Below, one piece after another: positions 30,235 through 45,124 of a DNA stretch of 64,000 bases. Numbering within the stretch: position 1 is the stretch's first letter; each line of letters starts with the position of its first letter. Below the pieces are notes generated by a model, which made no database searches, was not told the DNA's origin, and saw nothing but the letters and a program-made list of their open reading frames with translations. Source of the DNA: the human T2T-CHM13v2.0 reference genome, Homo sapiens; the NCBI RefSeq assembly GCF_009914755.1, contig NC_060928.1, one strand, 5' to 3'. Both the position numbers and the translations under genes were made by a program.

Positions 30235-30778
30235 CAGGAGTTGGCAAGCTTTTCCTGTAAAAGGCTAAATAGCAAATATTTTAGCCTCTGTAAATCCTAT
30301 TGTCTTGGTCATAACTATTCAACTCAGCCTTTGTAGTGCAAATGCACCATAGGCAATATACAGTAATGTGCCACGTCATGAATGTTCCCGGCAATGACGG
30401 TTCGCAAATGTGACTGTGATCCTTCAAGCTTCATTTATATTAAGTGCACATACAAGTGTATCATTTTTTAATCTTTTATACTGTAGTTCTATTTTTCCAT
30501 TTGTTTAATTCTATTTAGACACACAAACACTTACCACTGTGTTACAATTGCCTGTAGTATTCAGTACAGTAAGATGTTATCCAAGTTTGTAGCTTAGGAG
30601 CACTAGGCTATACCATCTAAGTTTATTAAACCCTCTATGGTGTTTGTATAGTGGTGAAATTGACTAAAGAGGGATGCATTTCTTAGAATGTTTGCTCATC
30701 ATTAAGTGATGAAACTTTATTTACAAAACTTAGCATCAGATCATATTTAGCCCATGAGTCATAGTCAGCTAACTCCTG
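30235..30778. mobile_element. MER58A-like hAT element with a nested Tigger3/GOLEM derivative (30361-30711)
   Basis: TIRs caggagttggcaa / gctaactcctg; 8-bp TSD ttctaggt (30227-30234) / ttataggt (30779-30786); inner element starts TA|cagtaatgtgccac...aatgacgg. Confidence 0.75.
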
Positions 30779-30890
30779 TTATAGGTGCTTAAATTTAGTC
30801 TGTCTAGGTGTCTTTAGCCTAAAAATACAATAAATACATATACTTATATAGAAAACATTCTCATATAATTTATATATGCATAGGGGACAC

Positions 30891-31311
30891 TGTTCCATGG
30901 AGGGCAGGTCTATGCAACCTACCCCCAAGAGTCCAAGGAAGCTGAAAGGCTGAAGAAAGAAGCTGACAAATTCAGTTTCTTGGAAACATTTAATAAAGAC
31001 TTACGAACAGAAGCAATCATCTGTGTCTCGGTCAGCAGCAAGACAAGATGGGGGATGCCTGTATCATTATTCCTTGGATCCAGGGCTTATATACTATAGG
31101 GAAAGGGTAAATTAGAAGGTATGTGTAGGACAACTGAAGCATGATAACATCGAGGTCGTTTGTCCTAAGGGCAGGATTTACAGTCAGTGCCTATTCTTAC
31201 ACAAGAAATGATAGACAAACTGGAAATCTTAGAGGTCTTTCTTGAACTAGGGTTATTCAGAAGTCAATATGGTGAATTAGTATCCAAGATGGAGTTGCTT
31301 TGGCCTACATA
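30891..31311 (-). mobile_element. MER83/MER84-like ERV1 solo LTR
   Basis: Minus start aggccaaagcaactccatcttggatactaat; minus end gggggtaggttgcatagacctgccc...ggaaca. Confidence 0.65.
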
Positions 31312-31325
31312 CACACAGACACACA

Positions 31326-31364
<39 letters not shown>

Positions 31365-31366
31365 AG
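31311..31366. repeat. (CA)n microsatellite
   Basis: Direct reading. Confidence 0.95.
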
Positions 31367-32441
31367 AAACATTAAAGGACCAACAAAGAAGTATACCTGA
31401 CTCAAGTATTAACAAAAATGCAGGTGTAAAAATTAGAATGATAAAGAAATTAATAATATTAATGCCTATATATTGCACAAATAAGTTACTACAACACAAG
31501 AAATTAGAGAAGAAAACATGATGCAGTTTTATTCTCAGATTTTGCATAAAGAGGGGATGGAAATGTAAAGCAAATTAATTGCTTTCTGGATTGACATTAA
31601 AATGCATCAGGAAAATAGGCCATTGCTATTTTCTGATAAGTACAAGACATCTCATATCAAAACCAAGAAGTGAATTCTTCACTAAACAATTATATTGAAG
31701 TTGCTTCTGGAATATTTATTTTAGTTGCATACTTCAATATCAAAAGCATGCAGAATAACCCTGCAAGTTCTTCACAGACCAACAGTAAAAATAGTTAAAA
31801 GACAGAAGATATTAATATTAGTTGATGAAATGATAAGCATGTAACTAACAAATAACTGTATGATGATAAAGAAATTTAAAACTAAAGAGAAAAGATCCAT
31901 TTGTCAGATTACTTAAAATGAATTTAAATAAAAATTTAACATTTTTATTTTATAAATCAATTTCCATTAGTAAACCCTGGATTTGAAATTAAGCCAGAAA
32001 AAAATAGTTGAATATATAACATAAGGGTTTACTCTGGTAGCAATGGATGAATATATGTAGCTCAATTTTCTTTAACATTAATCAGTTTACATAATAATAA
32101 AGGCTAAGTTATATATTATTTCCATGTGAATCATTCCATAAGCAGACTTGCTTGATTTCTGAAGCAAAAGGAAAGGAAGTTTTAGCAGTTTGGAGAATTT
32201 TTGTAGTTATAAATAAATGGTGCCCTTTTTGGATAACCTGATTCTTCCACAGATCACCACACTTGAAGGTGAAAAATGATGTGAAATAAGAGATAGAGGG
32301 ATAAAATTCTGACCAGTGTACTTTTTTATTTCTTTCAAGCAATGTTGTACCCCAGTCTGCCATGGTTCACTGCAACCAAATTGGTTTTCTCTTCTTGCAT
32401 CAATATCCAAATCATGGTTTCCTCAGAAGGCATACACTAAC

Positions 32442-32560
32442 CTTCTCATTAATCCTGTGAATGTCATCAGTCAGGATGTTGGTAGCTAACCCAAAATGCC
32501 TTCTCAGAGGAGGTACATTAAGATTTCCAGAGTAGAATTTGTTGCGATTCATAAGAAATG
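32442..32560 (-). CDS. Candidate exon B of the minus-strand gene (frame open)
   Basis: tattttttag| ... aag|gttagt; 119 bp, phase 1 to phase 0; FLMNRNKFYSGNLNVPPLRRHFGLATNILTDDIHRINEK. Confidence 0.55.
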
Positions 32561-35535
32561 CTAAAAAATATGCTCTTAACTAGATGTTCTTTTTATGAAT
32601 TCCCTGTACATAGTATATCTTTGAAAAATTTAGAAAAATATCCCAGTACCTGAAAATCATTTTTGTGATTAAATGATATGCCTAAAACTAAAAACATGTG
32701 AATTGTACAAAAAGGAAATATATTAACATGTAGTCTTCTAATAAGTAAGTTACATTTAACAAAAGTTGAGAAGAAACAGTAATTGGAAAGGGCAATAGAA
32801 AAATCGCCATCTTAATAAATATAATTAACACTTAAATAATAACATAAAAATTGGTAAAATTTTTTAATTACCATACTGGGACTGGAGAACCCAAACTAAT
32901 ACTCATTTTTTATTTATTATGTAAAAGAATATATCAATCCATTCTTAAAATCTAATAAATGAAAGCCAAAAAATATTAGAATTCTCACTTAAAAGGTCTG
33001 CTTCATTACAGTTGTTTATGTATTATGATAATGAAATGATTATACACATTTTTTTATACCTAGGCCCATGCCAATATGTTTTTTGAGATCTCAATACATC
33101 AAGCTCAAGTAATTAATTCACACATATAAAGCCTACTTTTATTATGAAAATTTTAATCAAATCTCTTTTTTATATTAAAACTATATTCTAATTAAACAAA
33201 GTTAAGAATTTAACTCAGGCAGATTCAAAACAGCCAACTAGCTGTAGCCAGGAAGAACATCTCCCACTAAGAGACCTGAACATCAGGAAGACTGGTACAC
33301 TCCAAGCAGATATTTGGAAGAAAGGCATTAACAGTCAACAGAGGGAAGACACAGGTGCTGGGCTGAAGGGCAAGGAAGCTGGGAACACACCATGGGGCTA
33401 CTGTGCACCAGAACTCGTTTTTGGCCACCAGTGACTCCTGGGGAATGGGTGAGTTAAATAGGCAAGATGATCCCCTCTCACCATAGACCACTGGAATCCT
33501 GGCAGCTGGAGACCCCACAACCCCCAAGGGCACTTGAGGTGGCAGAGAGAGCTGCTTAGAGAGGTGGTAGGGACAGGACTCCAGCCTCTGTAGAGCCCAG
33601 AGTGTTTGTGGTGGGAGCGTCTTCAGTAGAGCATTACCAGGGATGCCCAAGGCACATCATGCTCCTCTAAGAGACTTTAACCACAAGGGACTACCTGGAC
33701 AGAACAGAACAGTCTTGCCTTTGAAACAAGGCCAGTTTGATCTGAGCACTCCCTTGTTTGCTGGCCTTCCCCAGGGTCCCAGCCTGGCCACACCTATTGC
33801 AGTGCAGCCTCAGATGCCCAACTAGGGTGCTTCCCAGGAGTCCTCATCATAGCTCCTTCACTGGGAGATTATGTCTGACCATCAGGGAATTCCAGCAGAG
33901 CAGCCCCTGCCGACAGGCACCAGCCCACCCCCACTCTTCTCCCACAGTAGCCTCCTCATGCTACTTTGCCAGCAAGCACTTGTCCACAGCCACCCCTTCC
34001 ACTGCTTTGCCAGTGTACATGGGCAGACGTCACCTCCCCTCCGACAATGGTGTGCGTGTGTGCACATCCTGCATGACACTGATGCTAGCATCCTGGTGTC
34101 AGCGCATCCTGGGTCTCGCACACCCAACCGCAATTCTTGCCTAGCTATGCCACCATTGCACGTGAGAATTTGTACACGGATGCCAACAACCCCACCTCCC
34201 CATGCCAACACCACCATCACTGCATGGGTGAGCATGGAGTTCAGCAGCCCAACGCCTGTCAGCACCCTGCTGCCACTGTGGGCATGAGCACATGCAGAAA
34301 CACTGCAGCCCCAGACCCACTGCTACACCACCCCAGCCAATGCCCCTGTACCCCACCACACTGTCACTGATGCTGGAACGCATGAAGGAGCATGGATCCC
34401 ACTGACACTGCTCTAAGGAAGCACTTTAGCGAGCACTACACATCAGAGTGCTGTGGCCAGTGGTACAAGAACACCTCAGCCCCTCAAATGCAGAAGGTTC
34501 ACAACCTTGAGGGGCCAGAGAACAAAACCAGGGGCTAGGTAACCGCCCCCCAAGATTTGGAGCATGTAGCCCAGAAATGCTGAGCCGAGCCATGATGCCT
34601 TAAGTTCTTCCAGAAATGAAGCCAGTCAACTGAACCCACAATCAAAACTCCCAAGGACAGCAAAGAAGATAAAAGCATAAAGCCCCATCCAAAGGCCAGC
34701 AACTTCAAAGACTGAAGGAACGTCAGCCCATACAGATGAGAAAGAAGCAGCACAATAACTCTGGAAATTCAAAAAGCCAGTGTCTTCTAACCTCCAAAAC
34801 TGTACTCGTTCCCCAGCAATGGTTTTTAACAAGGCTGAAATGGCTGAAATGACAGAAATAGAATTCAGAATAAGGATAGGAATGAACTTCATCAAGATTC
34901 AGAAGAAAGTGAAAACCCAATTCAAGGATTCTAAGGAATACAATAAAATGATGCAGGAGATGAAACACAAAATAACCATTTTAAGAAAGAACCAAACTGA
35001 TCTGATAGAGCTGAAAAACTCATGTCAAGAATTTCAGAATATAATCCGAAGTATTAACAGCAGAATCAGCAAAGCTGAGGAAAGAATCTCAGAGCTCGAA
35101 GACTGGTTCTCCACAATAGCCAAACAAAAATAAAGAAAAAAGATTAAAGAAGAAAGAATGAAACCTCTGGCAAATATAGGACTAGGTAAAGAGACCAAAT
35201 CTACATCTCACTGGCATCCCTGGAAGAGAGGGAGAGAAATCAAGCAAGTTGAAAAACCTACTTCAGAATATTGTTCATGAAAATTTCTCCAACCTCACCG
35301 GAAAAGCCAACATTCACATTCAGGAAATCCAGATAAGACTTCTGAGAAACTATACAAAATGACCATCCCCAACACACAGATTCTCCAAGAATGAAATTAA
35401 AGAAAAATCATTAAAGGCAGATAAAGAGAAGGGGCAGGTCACCATCAAAGGGAACCCCATCAGGTTAACAGAGGACCCTTCAGCAGAAATTCTACAAGCC
35501 AGAAAAGATTGGGAGCATATATTCAGTATTCTTAA

Positions 35536-36320
35536 AATGCTCATCATCACTGGCCTTCAGAGAAATGCAAATCAAAACCACAAGGAGATACCATCTCACA
35601 CCAGTTAGAATGGCGATCATTAAAAAGTCAGGAAACAACAGGTGCTGGAGAGGATGTGGAGAAATAGGAACACTTTTACACTGTTGGTGGGACTGTAAAC
35701 TAGTTCAACCATTGTGGAAGTCAGTGTGGCGATTCCTCAAGGATCTAGACCTAGAAATACCATTTGACTCAGCAATCTCATTACTGGGTATACACCCAAA
35801 GGATTATAAATCATGCTGCTATAAAGACACATGCACACATATGTTTACTGCAGCACTATTCACAATAGCAAAGACTTGGAACCAACCCAAATGTCCAACA
35901 ATGATAGACTGGATTAAGAAAATGTGGCACATATACACCATGGAATACTATGCAGCCATAAAAAAGGATGAGTTCATGTCCTTTGTAGGGACATGGATGA
36001 AGCTGGAAACCATCATTCTCAGCGAACTATCGCAAGGACAAAAAACAAACACCACATGTTCTCACTCATAGGTGGGAATTGAACAATGAGAACACTTGGA
36101 CACAGGAAGGGGAACATCACACACCGGGGCCTGTCATGGGGTAGGGGGAGAGGGGAGGGTTAGCATTAGGAGATATACCTAATGTAAATGATGAGTTAAT
36201 GGGTACAGCACACCAACATGTCACATGTATACATATGTAACAAACCTGCATGTTGTGCACATGTACCCTAGAACTTAAAGTATAATAAAAATAAAAAAAC
36301 AAAAAAAGAAAAAAAAAGAA
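35536..36320 (+). mobile_element. Young 5'-truncated L1 (L1PA4/5-like) inserted into ORF1 of the older L1
   Basis: Near-consensus ORF2 C-terminus (35565-36071), 3'UTR ...ccctagaacttaaagtataat and A tail; host ORF1 resumes at aaattccaaccaagaatt. Confidence 0.92.
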
Positions 36321-39300
36321 AAATTCCAACCAAGAATTTAATATCCAGCCAAAGTAAGCCTCATAAGCAAAGGACAAAAAAGATCCTTTTCAAGTAAGCA
36401 AATGCTAAGGGAATTTGTTACCACCAGACCTATCTTACAAGTGGTCCTGAAGGAGGTGCTCAGTATAAAAATGAAAGACAATTACTTGCCACCACAAAAA
36501 CACACTTACGTACATAGACTATTGACACTATAAAGCAACTACACAATAAAGTCTGCATAATAACTAGCTAACAACATGATCACCGAATCAAATTCACATA
36601 CATCAATATTAACCTTGAATGTAAATGGGCTAAATGCCCCAAGTAAAAGGCACAGACTGGCAAGTTCAATAAAGAAGCAAAAACCAACAATACGCTTTCT
36701 TCAAGAGATCCACCTCACATGCAATAACACACAAATGCTCAAAGTAAATATATGAAGAAAAATCTACCAAGCAAACAGAAAACAGAAAAAAATCAGGGGT
36801 TGCTATTCTAATTTCAGATGAAACAGACTTCAAACTAACAAAGATAAAAAAAGAAGGGCATTACACAATGGTAAAGGCTTCAATTTAACAAGAAGACCTA
36901 ACTGTCCTAAATATATTTGCATCCAATACAGGAGCACCAGATTAAAAAGTAAGTTCTTTGAGATGTAAGAAGAGACTTAGATTTCCACCCAATAATAGTA
37001 GTATTACACTGACACCATTAGACAGATCACTGAGACAGAAAAAAATAAATTAAAAATATACAAAGACATTTGGAACCTGAACTTGACACTTGACCAAGCT
37101 ACCTAACAGACATCTACTGAACTCTCTACCCAAAACAACAGAATATACTTTCCTCTCATTTGCACATAGCACATATTCTAAAATGGACCACATAATTGGC
37201 CATAAAACAATCCTCAGTAGATTCAAAAAAGCCAAAATCATACCACCCACACTCTCAGATCATAACACAATAAAAACTGAAATAGATAGTAAGAAGATTG
37301 CTCAAAACTATACAATTGCAGGAAAATGAAACAACCTGCTCCAGAATGACTTTTGAATAAACAATGAAATTAAGGCAGTAATCAAAATATTGTTTGAAAC
37401 TAATGAGAAAAAAAGATAAAACATAACAGAACCTCTGGGACATAGCTAAAGCAGAGTTAAGAGAGAAGTTTAATAGCACTAACTGCCCTCACCAAAAAGT
37501 GAGAAAAATCTAAAATTAACAACCTAACATTAAATTTAAAGGAGCTAGAGAAACAAGAGCAAACAAATCCCCAAGCTAGCAGAAAACAAGAAATAACCAA
37601 AATCAGAGCTGAACTGAAAAAAAAATGGGACGAGAAACCACACAAAGATCAATACATCCAAGAGTTTGTTTTCATGAAAGAATAAATAAAATGGACAGAT
37701 GCCCAGCTAGACTAAGAGAAAAACAGAGAAGGTCCAAATAAACACAAGAAAAAATGACAAAGGAGTCATTACCACCATCTGCACAGAAATACAAGAATTC
37801 TGAGATTACTACGAACACCTCTATGCACAAAAATTAGAAAACTTAGAATAATAGATAAATTCCTGTACACATTCAACCTCCTGAGAATGCGCTAGGAAGA
37901 AACTGAATTCCTGAACAGACCAATAATGAGTTGCAAAATTGAATCAGTTATAAAAATCCTACCAATGAAAAAAAGCCCACAACCAGATGGATTCACAGCC
38001 AAATCCTACCAGATGTATAAGAAAGAGCTGATACCATTCCTACCGAAACTATTCCAAAAAATTGAGGAGAATGGACTCCTCACTAACTCATTCTACGAAG
38101 CCAGCATCATCCTGATACCAAAACCTGGCAGAGATTCAACTAAGAAAGAAAACTTTTACCCAGTATCCTTCAACGAAACTCTAGCAAAGAAAATCCAGCA
38201 GTGATCAAAAAGCTAATCCACCAAGATTAAGTAGACTTTTTCCCTGGGATGCAAGGTTGTTTCAATATATGCAAATCAATAAATGTGATTTATTACATAA
38301 ACAGAAATAAAATAAAAAACCACATGATCATCTCACTAGATGCAGAAAAGGCTTTTGATAAAATTCAACATCCCTTCATGTTAAAAACTCTCAACAAATG
38401 AGGCATTGAAACAACATACATCGGAAGTATAAGAGCCATCTATGACAAACCCACAACCTACATCATACTGAATGGGCAAAAGGTGGTAGCATTTCCCTTG
38501 AGAATCAGAAGAAGACAATGATGCCCACTCTCACCACTCCTGTCCAAAATAGTATTGGAACCCTAGCCAAAGAAACCAGGTAAGAGAAAGAAATAAAAGG
38601 CATCCAAAGAGAAGAGAGGAAATCAAACTATCTCTGGTTGCAGATGATATGATTCTATACCTAGAAAATCAATCATCTCTGTCTGAAAGCCCCTTGATCT
38701 GATTTAAAAAAAAAAACTTCAGCAGAATTTCAAGATACAAAAATAATGTACAAAATCAGTAGCATTCTCATACACCAACAACATCCAAGCTGAGAGTCAA
38801 ATCAATAATGCAATCCCATTCACAATAGCCACAAAAAGAAACAAATACGTAGGAATACAGCTAACAGGGAAGGTGAAATATCTCTACAGAAAAATTACAA
38901 AAGACTGCTAAAAGAAATCAGAGATGAAACATACAAATGGAAAAACAGTCCATGCTTACTGATAGGAAGAATCAATATTGTTAAAACGACAGTACTGCCC
39001 AAAGCAGTTTATAGATTCAACACTATTCCAAACTACCAATGACATTCTTCACGGAATTAGAAAAAAAAACATTTTAAAATTCATATGGAACCAAAAAAGA
39101 AACTAAATAGCCAAAGCAATCCTAAGCAAAAACAAGCAAACACACAACAACAACAACAGCAAAAACCAAAGCTGCAGGCTTCACACTACCCAACTTCAAA
39201 CTACACTACAAGACTACAGTAGCCCAAACAGCATGGTACTGGTAAAAAAAAAAAAAACAGACATATAGAACAATGGAACAGGGTAGAGAGCCCAATATCA

Positions 39301-40229
39301 AGCTGCACACCTACAACCCTCTGATCTTTGAAGAAGTTGACAAAAACAAGCAACGGGAAAATAATTCCCTATTCAATAAATGGTGCTGGGATAACTGACT
39401 AGCCATATACAGAAGATTGAAATTGGAGCCCTTCCTTACACCATATAGAAAAGTCAACTCAAGATGGATTAAAGCCTTAAATATAAAACCTAAATCTATA
39501 AAAACCCTGAGAGATAACCTAATAAATACCATTCTGGACATGGAACCTGGCAAAGATTTCATGACAAAGACACCAAAAGCAACTGCAACAACAACAACAA
39601 AAAAATGACAAATGGGACCTGATTAAACTAAAGAGCTTCTGCCAGCAAAAGATTTCAACAGACAACCTGCAGAATGGGAGAAAATATTTGCAAGCTATGC
39701 ATTCTACAAAGGTCTAATATCCAGCATCTATAAGTAACTTAAACAATTCTACAAGCAAAAACCAAGTAACCCCATTGAAAGTGGGCAGAGGACCCTTATC
39801 AAAAGAAGACATATTTGCGGCCAGCAAGCATATGAAAAAAACACTCAACAGCACTGATCGTTAGAGAAATGCAAGTCTAAACCACCATCTCACACCAGTC
39901 AGAGTGACTATTATTAAAAAGTCAAAAAATAAGAGATGCTGGCAAGGTTGCAGAGAAAAGGCAGTGCTTATACACCTCTGGTGGGAATGGAAATTAGTTA
40001 AGCCCTTGTGGAAAGCAGTGTTTTGTGATTCCTCAAAGAACTTAGAACAGAACTACCATTTGACTCAGCAATCCCATTATTGGGTATGTTCCCAAATGAA
40101 TATAAATCATTCTACCATAAAGACATATGCATACATATGTTCATCACAGCACTATTCACAGTAGCAAGAATGGAATCAACCTAAATGCCTATCAATGGTA
40201 GATTGGATAAAGAAAATGTGGTACATATA

Positions 40230-40655
<426 letters not shown>

Positions 40656-41526
40656 CTAAATGAACTAACACAGACACAGAAAACCAAATAGTGCATGTCC
40701 TCACTTATAAATGGAAGCTAAACATTGAGTACACATGGACACAAAGGGAAAAACAACAAATATTAGGACCTACTTGAGGGTGGAAGGTTGGTGGAGCGTG
40801 AGGATCAAAAAACTGTCTATCAGATAATATGCTTTATTACCTGGGTTATGAAAGAATCTGTACACCAAACCCCTATGACACACAATTTATCTATGCAAAA
40901 ATCTGTACATGTGCCCCAACCCTAAAATAAAAATTAAAAAATAATAATAGCACATGTAAAAAGAATTTAATTCAATGCAACAAGTATTTATCAAATCATT
41001 TTTCCCTTGTACCAGAACATGCTAGGTGCTAGAATATAAACATGTCTAAAATAAAGTCCTTTCTTCAAAGGGCTTAAAATAAAATACTATGTATAAAATA
41101 AGCATACATATAGTTACAAAGCAAAAACCAGAAAAAAGGAAATGTTTTGAAAGAGTTCAAATAAATATTGATCTCCAATGACGTTAATGCCTATTTTACA
41201 TTGGCGAGGGCTCATAATGGATTTCATAAAAGAAACAGCATTTAAATTGGGCTTTGAAGCTTAGATTGGATTTTTACAGACCTATGCAGATAATATTTAT
41301 CTGTGGATGACACTGTGTGAGCAAACTAATGAGGCAGTGTCTAGAAGATATAGTCACACACAGACACACACATACACACACAAAAAATAGCTATAGCACA
41401 GGCTATGCATATGCATAGTGGGGGAAAGTTCAAAAATAGCACAATAGTTTTATATAGACCGTTAAAGCCTAAAATGAGAAATTTAGACTTAGTTTAAAGA
41501 GTAACAGAAAGTCAGTCAGTACTTTG

Positions 41527-41604
41527 GGGCACAGCTAATCTGAATTTCCAGGACTGACAAATCCTAGGATTTGTCTACACATAGGATTCATAAATTGGAA
41601 TGCA
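41527..41604. mobile_element. Small palindromic MITE relic (MER53-like)
   Basis: Perfect 20-bp palindrome gacaaatcctaggatttgtc at 41556-41575 with degenerate terminal inverted ends. Confidence 0.45.
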
Positions 41605-42059
41605 GAGAAATTTTAGCCAAAGAGGTTATTTTGGAGGTTATTGAAATAACCTAGCAAAGTGAGGATGACTATCACATATCAGAAGAAGAAATAGAAGGGA
41701 AAAGATGATGTGAAAAAATGTGATGAAAGTGATTGGGATAGGAGTGGGATGGATGAGATGAAGACAAAATTGACCTTAAGATTTTTTCATGGTTTCATTA
41801 TTCCAATTGTTGCAGGAACTTCAAAATAATGTGCCTTCGTATTTATTTGTGCTTTTGTTTTTGCTTGCTTTTCCATTAAGTGTACCAGGACATTGGCAGG
41901 TTCCTTCACTCCAGAGATGAATGCCTTTAAGTCAAGGGAGAATTTTTCATATTGTCTCTTTGTTAAATTCCTTATTTTATTTGCTCATTCTAAAGCTTAT
42001 ATTAGATATTTAGTATCCCAGACTTCTTCTAATATGTTAAGCAAAAAAAGAATCTTATA

Positions 42060-43400
42060 TAAGTATAGATTCTACATATTCTTATCAAAGTTTTTAAATT
42101 GTGCTTTTCAAGTTATTTCATCTAACCAGAATTGATTTTTGCATATGGCATGTTGTAAAAATCCAATTTCTTTTTTTCCCGTATGGGTGATTGAATTTTT
42201 TGTGGTATAACTCTCAAAGTCCATCTTTTTCCCACTGATCTGTAAGTGGGACTTATATTTAAGTCTTTAATCCATCTTGAGCTGATTTTTCTATATGGTG
42301 TAAGGAAGGGCTCCATGTCCCTGTTTCATATCAAGGATCCATATATGCATACATCTGTTTTGAGGAATTCTATTCCATAGGTCTGATATCTCACTGATTG
42401 AATTACTATTGCACTATAAAATCTTGTAATGTGGTATGGAAATTTCTCCAGAATGTTCTTCCTTAGGAGTGTGTTATATATTCTTTATAATTGCAAATAA
42501 ATTTTAAACAAACTTGTCAAGTTCCTCAAGAAATCCTTAGTTACTAAATTTATAGATCAAGTTGGGAGAATTGAAACTTGAGAATCTTCCTACTCATGAA
42601 CATGGCACATTTTTCCATTTATTTTGGTCATTTAAATATATGTTTATACTTCTTTTGTTAGATTTATTTCTATGTACCCCATATTTTGTTGCTATTTACA
42701 TAGTAGGTTTTAAATAATTTTACATATTCTAATTACTACCAGGATATAGACATGCAATTGCTTTTAATATAATGATCTTATGACTGAAGATTGCCAAAAT
42801 CTCTCATAAATTTTATTATTTGCCCATAGATTATTTTACTTTTTTTCTATGTTGTCAACATCATCTTCAAATAATGTCAGTTGTTGAACTTATTTTTTCA
42901 TTTTATCCATGTACTATGTATCTATCACTAATGTTTCCCATATTTCACCAAATCTAATAGCTATCAATTTTATTTTTCAAAATCTAAAATGCATCTGATG
43001 ACCTTGTCAGTCAAAGGACAGTTTTTGTTCTTTAAAACTCCATCCATCCTCCTGCTCCAATCTGTATAGACCTATTCCATACCAATCTCCACACACACTT
43101 ATTTTCCCTTTTTCTTACTGCTCAAGATAGTGCCTCTATTACTTTGTTAAGTAGAAGTAAAAATATCACGCATCTTTTTCTCTTTCTTGAATTTAAATAA
43201 AATGCTTCTAACATTATAACATTGAATACAATGTTTACTCTATGTTTTTGGATAGATACTCTTAATTACATTAACAAAAATTCCTTCTAACACTGATTTC
43301 CTAGGAATTTTTATTAAAAATGTATGTTGAGTTTTATGGGACACTTTTTGTCATGGTTTTTTGGCATCTACTGAGATTATTGCATGATTTTCTCTTATTT
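42060..43400 (-). mobile_element. Ancient L1M ORF2 fragment containing a 63-bp younger L1 insert (42253-42315)
   Basis: Highly degenerate antisense ORF2 (aatttatagatcaagttgggagaattga; tcttcctactcatgaacatgg). Confidence 0.7.
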
Positions 43401-43689
43401 CTTCTAACATATTAATGCACAAATGTATTTTCTAATCCTCCATTATCTTAGTCTGTACAAGGATTCATTATTTTACGCCTTTATTGCATAGTAAAATTTT
43501 GGAATTGAGAGAAGTTAAAGTGCACATAATCAATTGGCCATTTTTAACCAGAAAATGTAAATCATAAGGATAGAAAAAACAAAATAGAAATACATAACAT
43601 CATCTAGACATAACCAATGTAGTTCTGTTACATTTCTGGCTGGTTTATCAATTTCAACAGTTTACATTAAATTAGTTTTAAAGCATGCT

Positions 43690-44705
43690 TCAAAGAATAC
43701 AATCAACAGAAAAGATGGCCTATGAAATAGAAACAAATATTTGCAAATAATATATCTGATAAGGAGTTTGTGTCCAGAATATATAAAAACTTTTAAAACT
43801 CAACTACAAAAAACAAACAAACCAATTTAAAAAACAGGCAAAAAACTTAAATAGGTATTTCTCCAAAGAAGATATACAAATATCCAACAAACACACAAAA
43901 AGATGCTCAATATTACATATCAGGGAAATACACATCAAAACCAAAATGAGATACCACCTCACATTCAACAGGATGGCTACTATCAAAAAAATAGAAAACA
44001 ACAAATTTTGGCAAGAATGTGTACAAATTGGAACAGTTGTACATGGCTGTTGGGAATGTAGAATAGTGTAGCTACTATGGTAAACAGTATGGCTGTTACT
44101 TAAAAAATTAAAAATAGAATTACCATAAGATCAAGCAATTATACTTCTGGGTATATATCCAAAAGAATTGAAAGCAGGGTCTCAAAAAGATAGCTGTACC
44201 TCCACAGTAGCATTATTCAAGATAGCTAAAATGTGGAAGCAACCCAAGTGCTCATCAACACATGAATGGGTAAACACAATGTGATATATCTATATATATA
44301 CACACACATATATATATCGTTATATATATAAAATGCAATATTATTCAGGAAGGAAATTCTGATACATGCTAAATCATGGATGAACCTTGAGGGTCTCATG
44401 GTAAGTAAAATAAGTCAGTCACAAAAAGGCAAATACTGTATGATTTCACTTATGTGAAGTACTTAGAATAGTAAAATTAATAGAGACAGAAAGTAGAATG
44501 GTGATTGCCACAAGCTGGCTGAAGGGAGAGATGGTGAGTTGCTTAATGGATATAAAGTTTCAGTTTTGCAAGATGAAAAGAGTTCTGGAGATTGGTTGCA
44601 CAAAAAATGTCAATGTACTTAACATTACTAAACCACTATAAATGGTTAAAAGGGTAAATTTTATGTTATATATATTGCACCGCAATTGAAAATAAAAGTG
44701 AAAAT
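43690..44705 (+). mobile_element. L1MB 3' end
   Basis: agaattgaaagcagggtctcaaa; agagacagaaagtagaatggtg; gtttcagttttgcaagatgaaaagagttctggagattggttgcac. Confidence 0.85.
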
Positions 44706-45124
44706 TAATCTTAAAATATACTCTCCATTTCTGAAAACTTTATATGGGAAAATCTTTTCCATAGTTGAAAAGACTTAGTCATGAAACTCGGAATCTGGGT
44801 ATGCTTTTATATTAATTTTTGGACTCAGTTTTACTCTAGGGCAGCCCTGTATTTGAAATAGTAATCTAGTAATCCATATTCTAGAAGGATAGCCTCATAT
44901 CTTTCAAGTCATCTGAGTTTTAGGGAGAAATTTGGAAAAGGGAAGATGACATTTCAAAAATATTTTATAGTATATCCACATTGAATTGAACTGGGAACGC
45001 TTTAATAATTGGCATTTAAAAAAGAAGCATATGTCTAAACAGACAATTGAAGAGTGCTCCTTGAAACAAAAAGGAGAAAAGAGATGTAGTGGCACCAACA
45101 ATTTAGGTTTCTAGTTTCCAATAC

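Noticed and set aside
32109-32410. Two minus-strand ORFs (84 and 67 aa) just downstream of exon B
   Set aside because: No convincing splice sites or motifs; they lie past the exon B donor and are probably chance.
33267-34383. Several overlapping 120-140 aa ORFs on both strands
   Set aside because: They lie in a GC-rich L1 5'UTR where stop codons are rare; no recognisable protein.
35565-36071. 168-aa ORF with a Cys/His motif
   Set aside because: It is the L1 ORF2 C-terminus of a young truncated L1, not a host gene.
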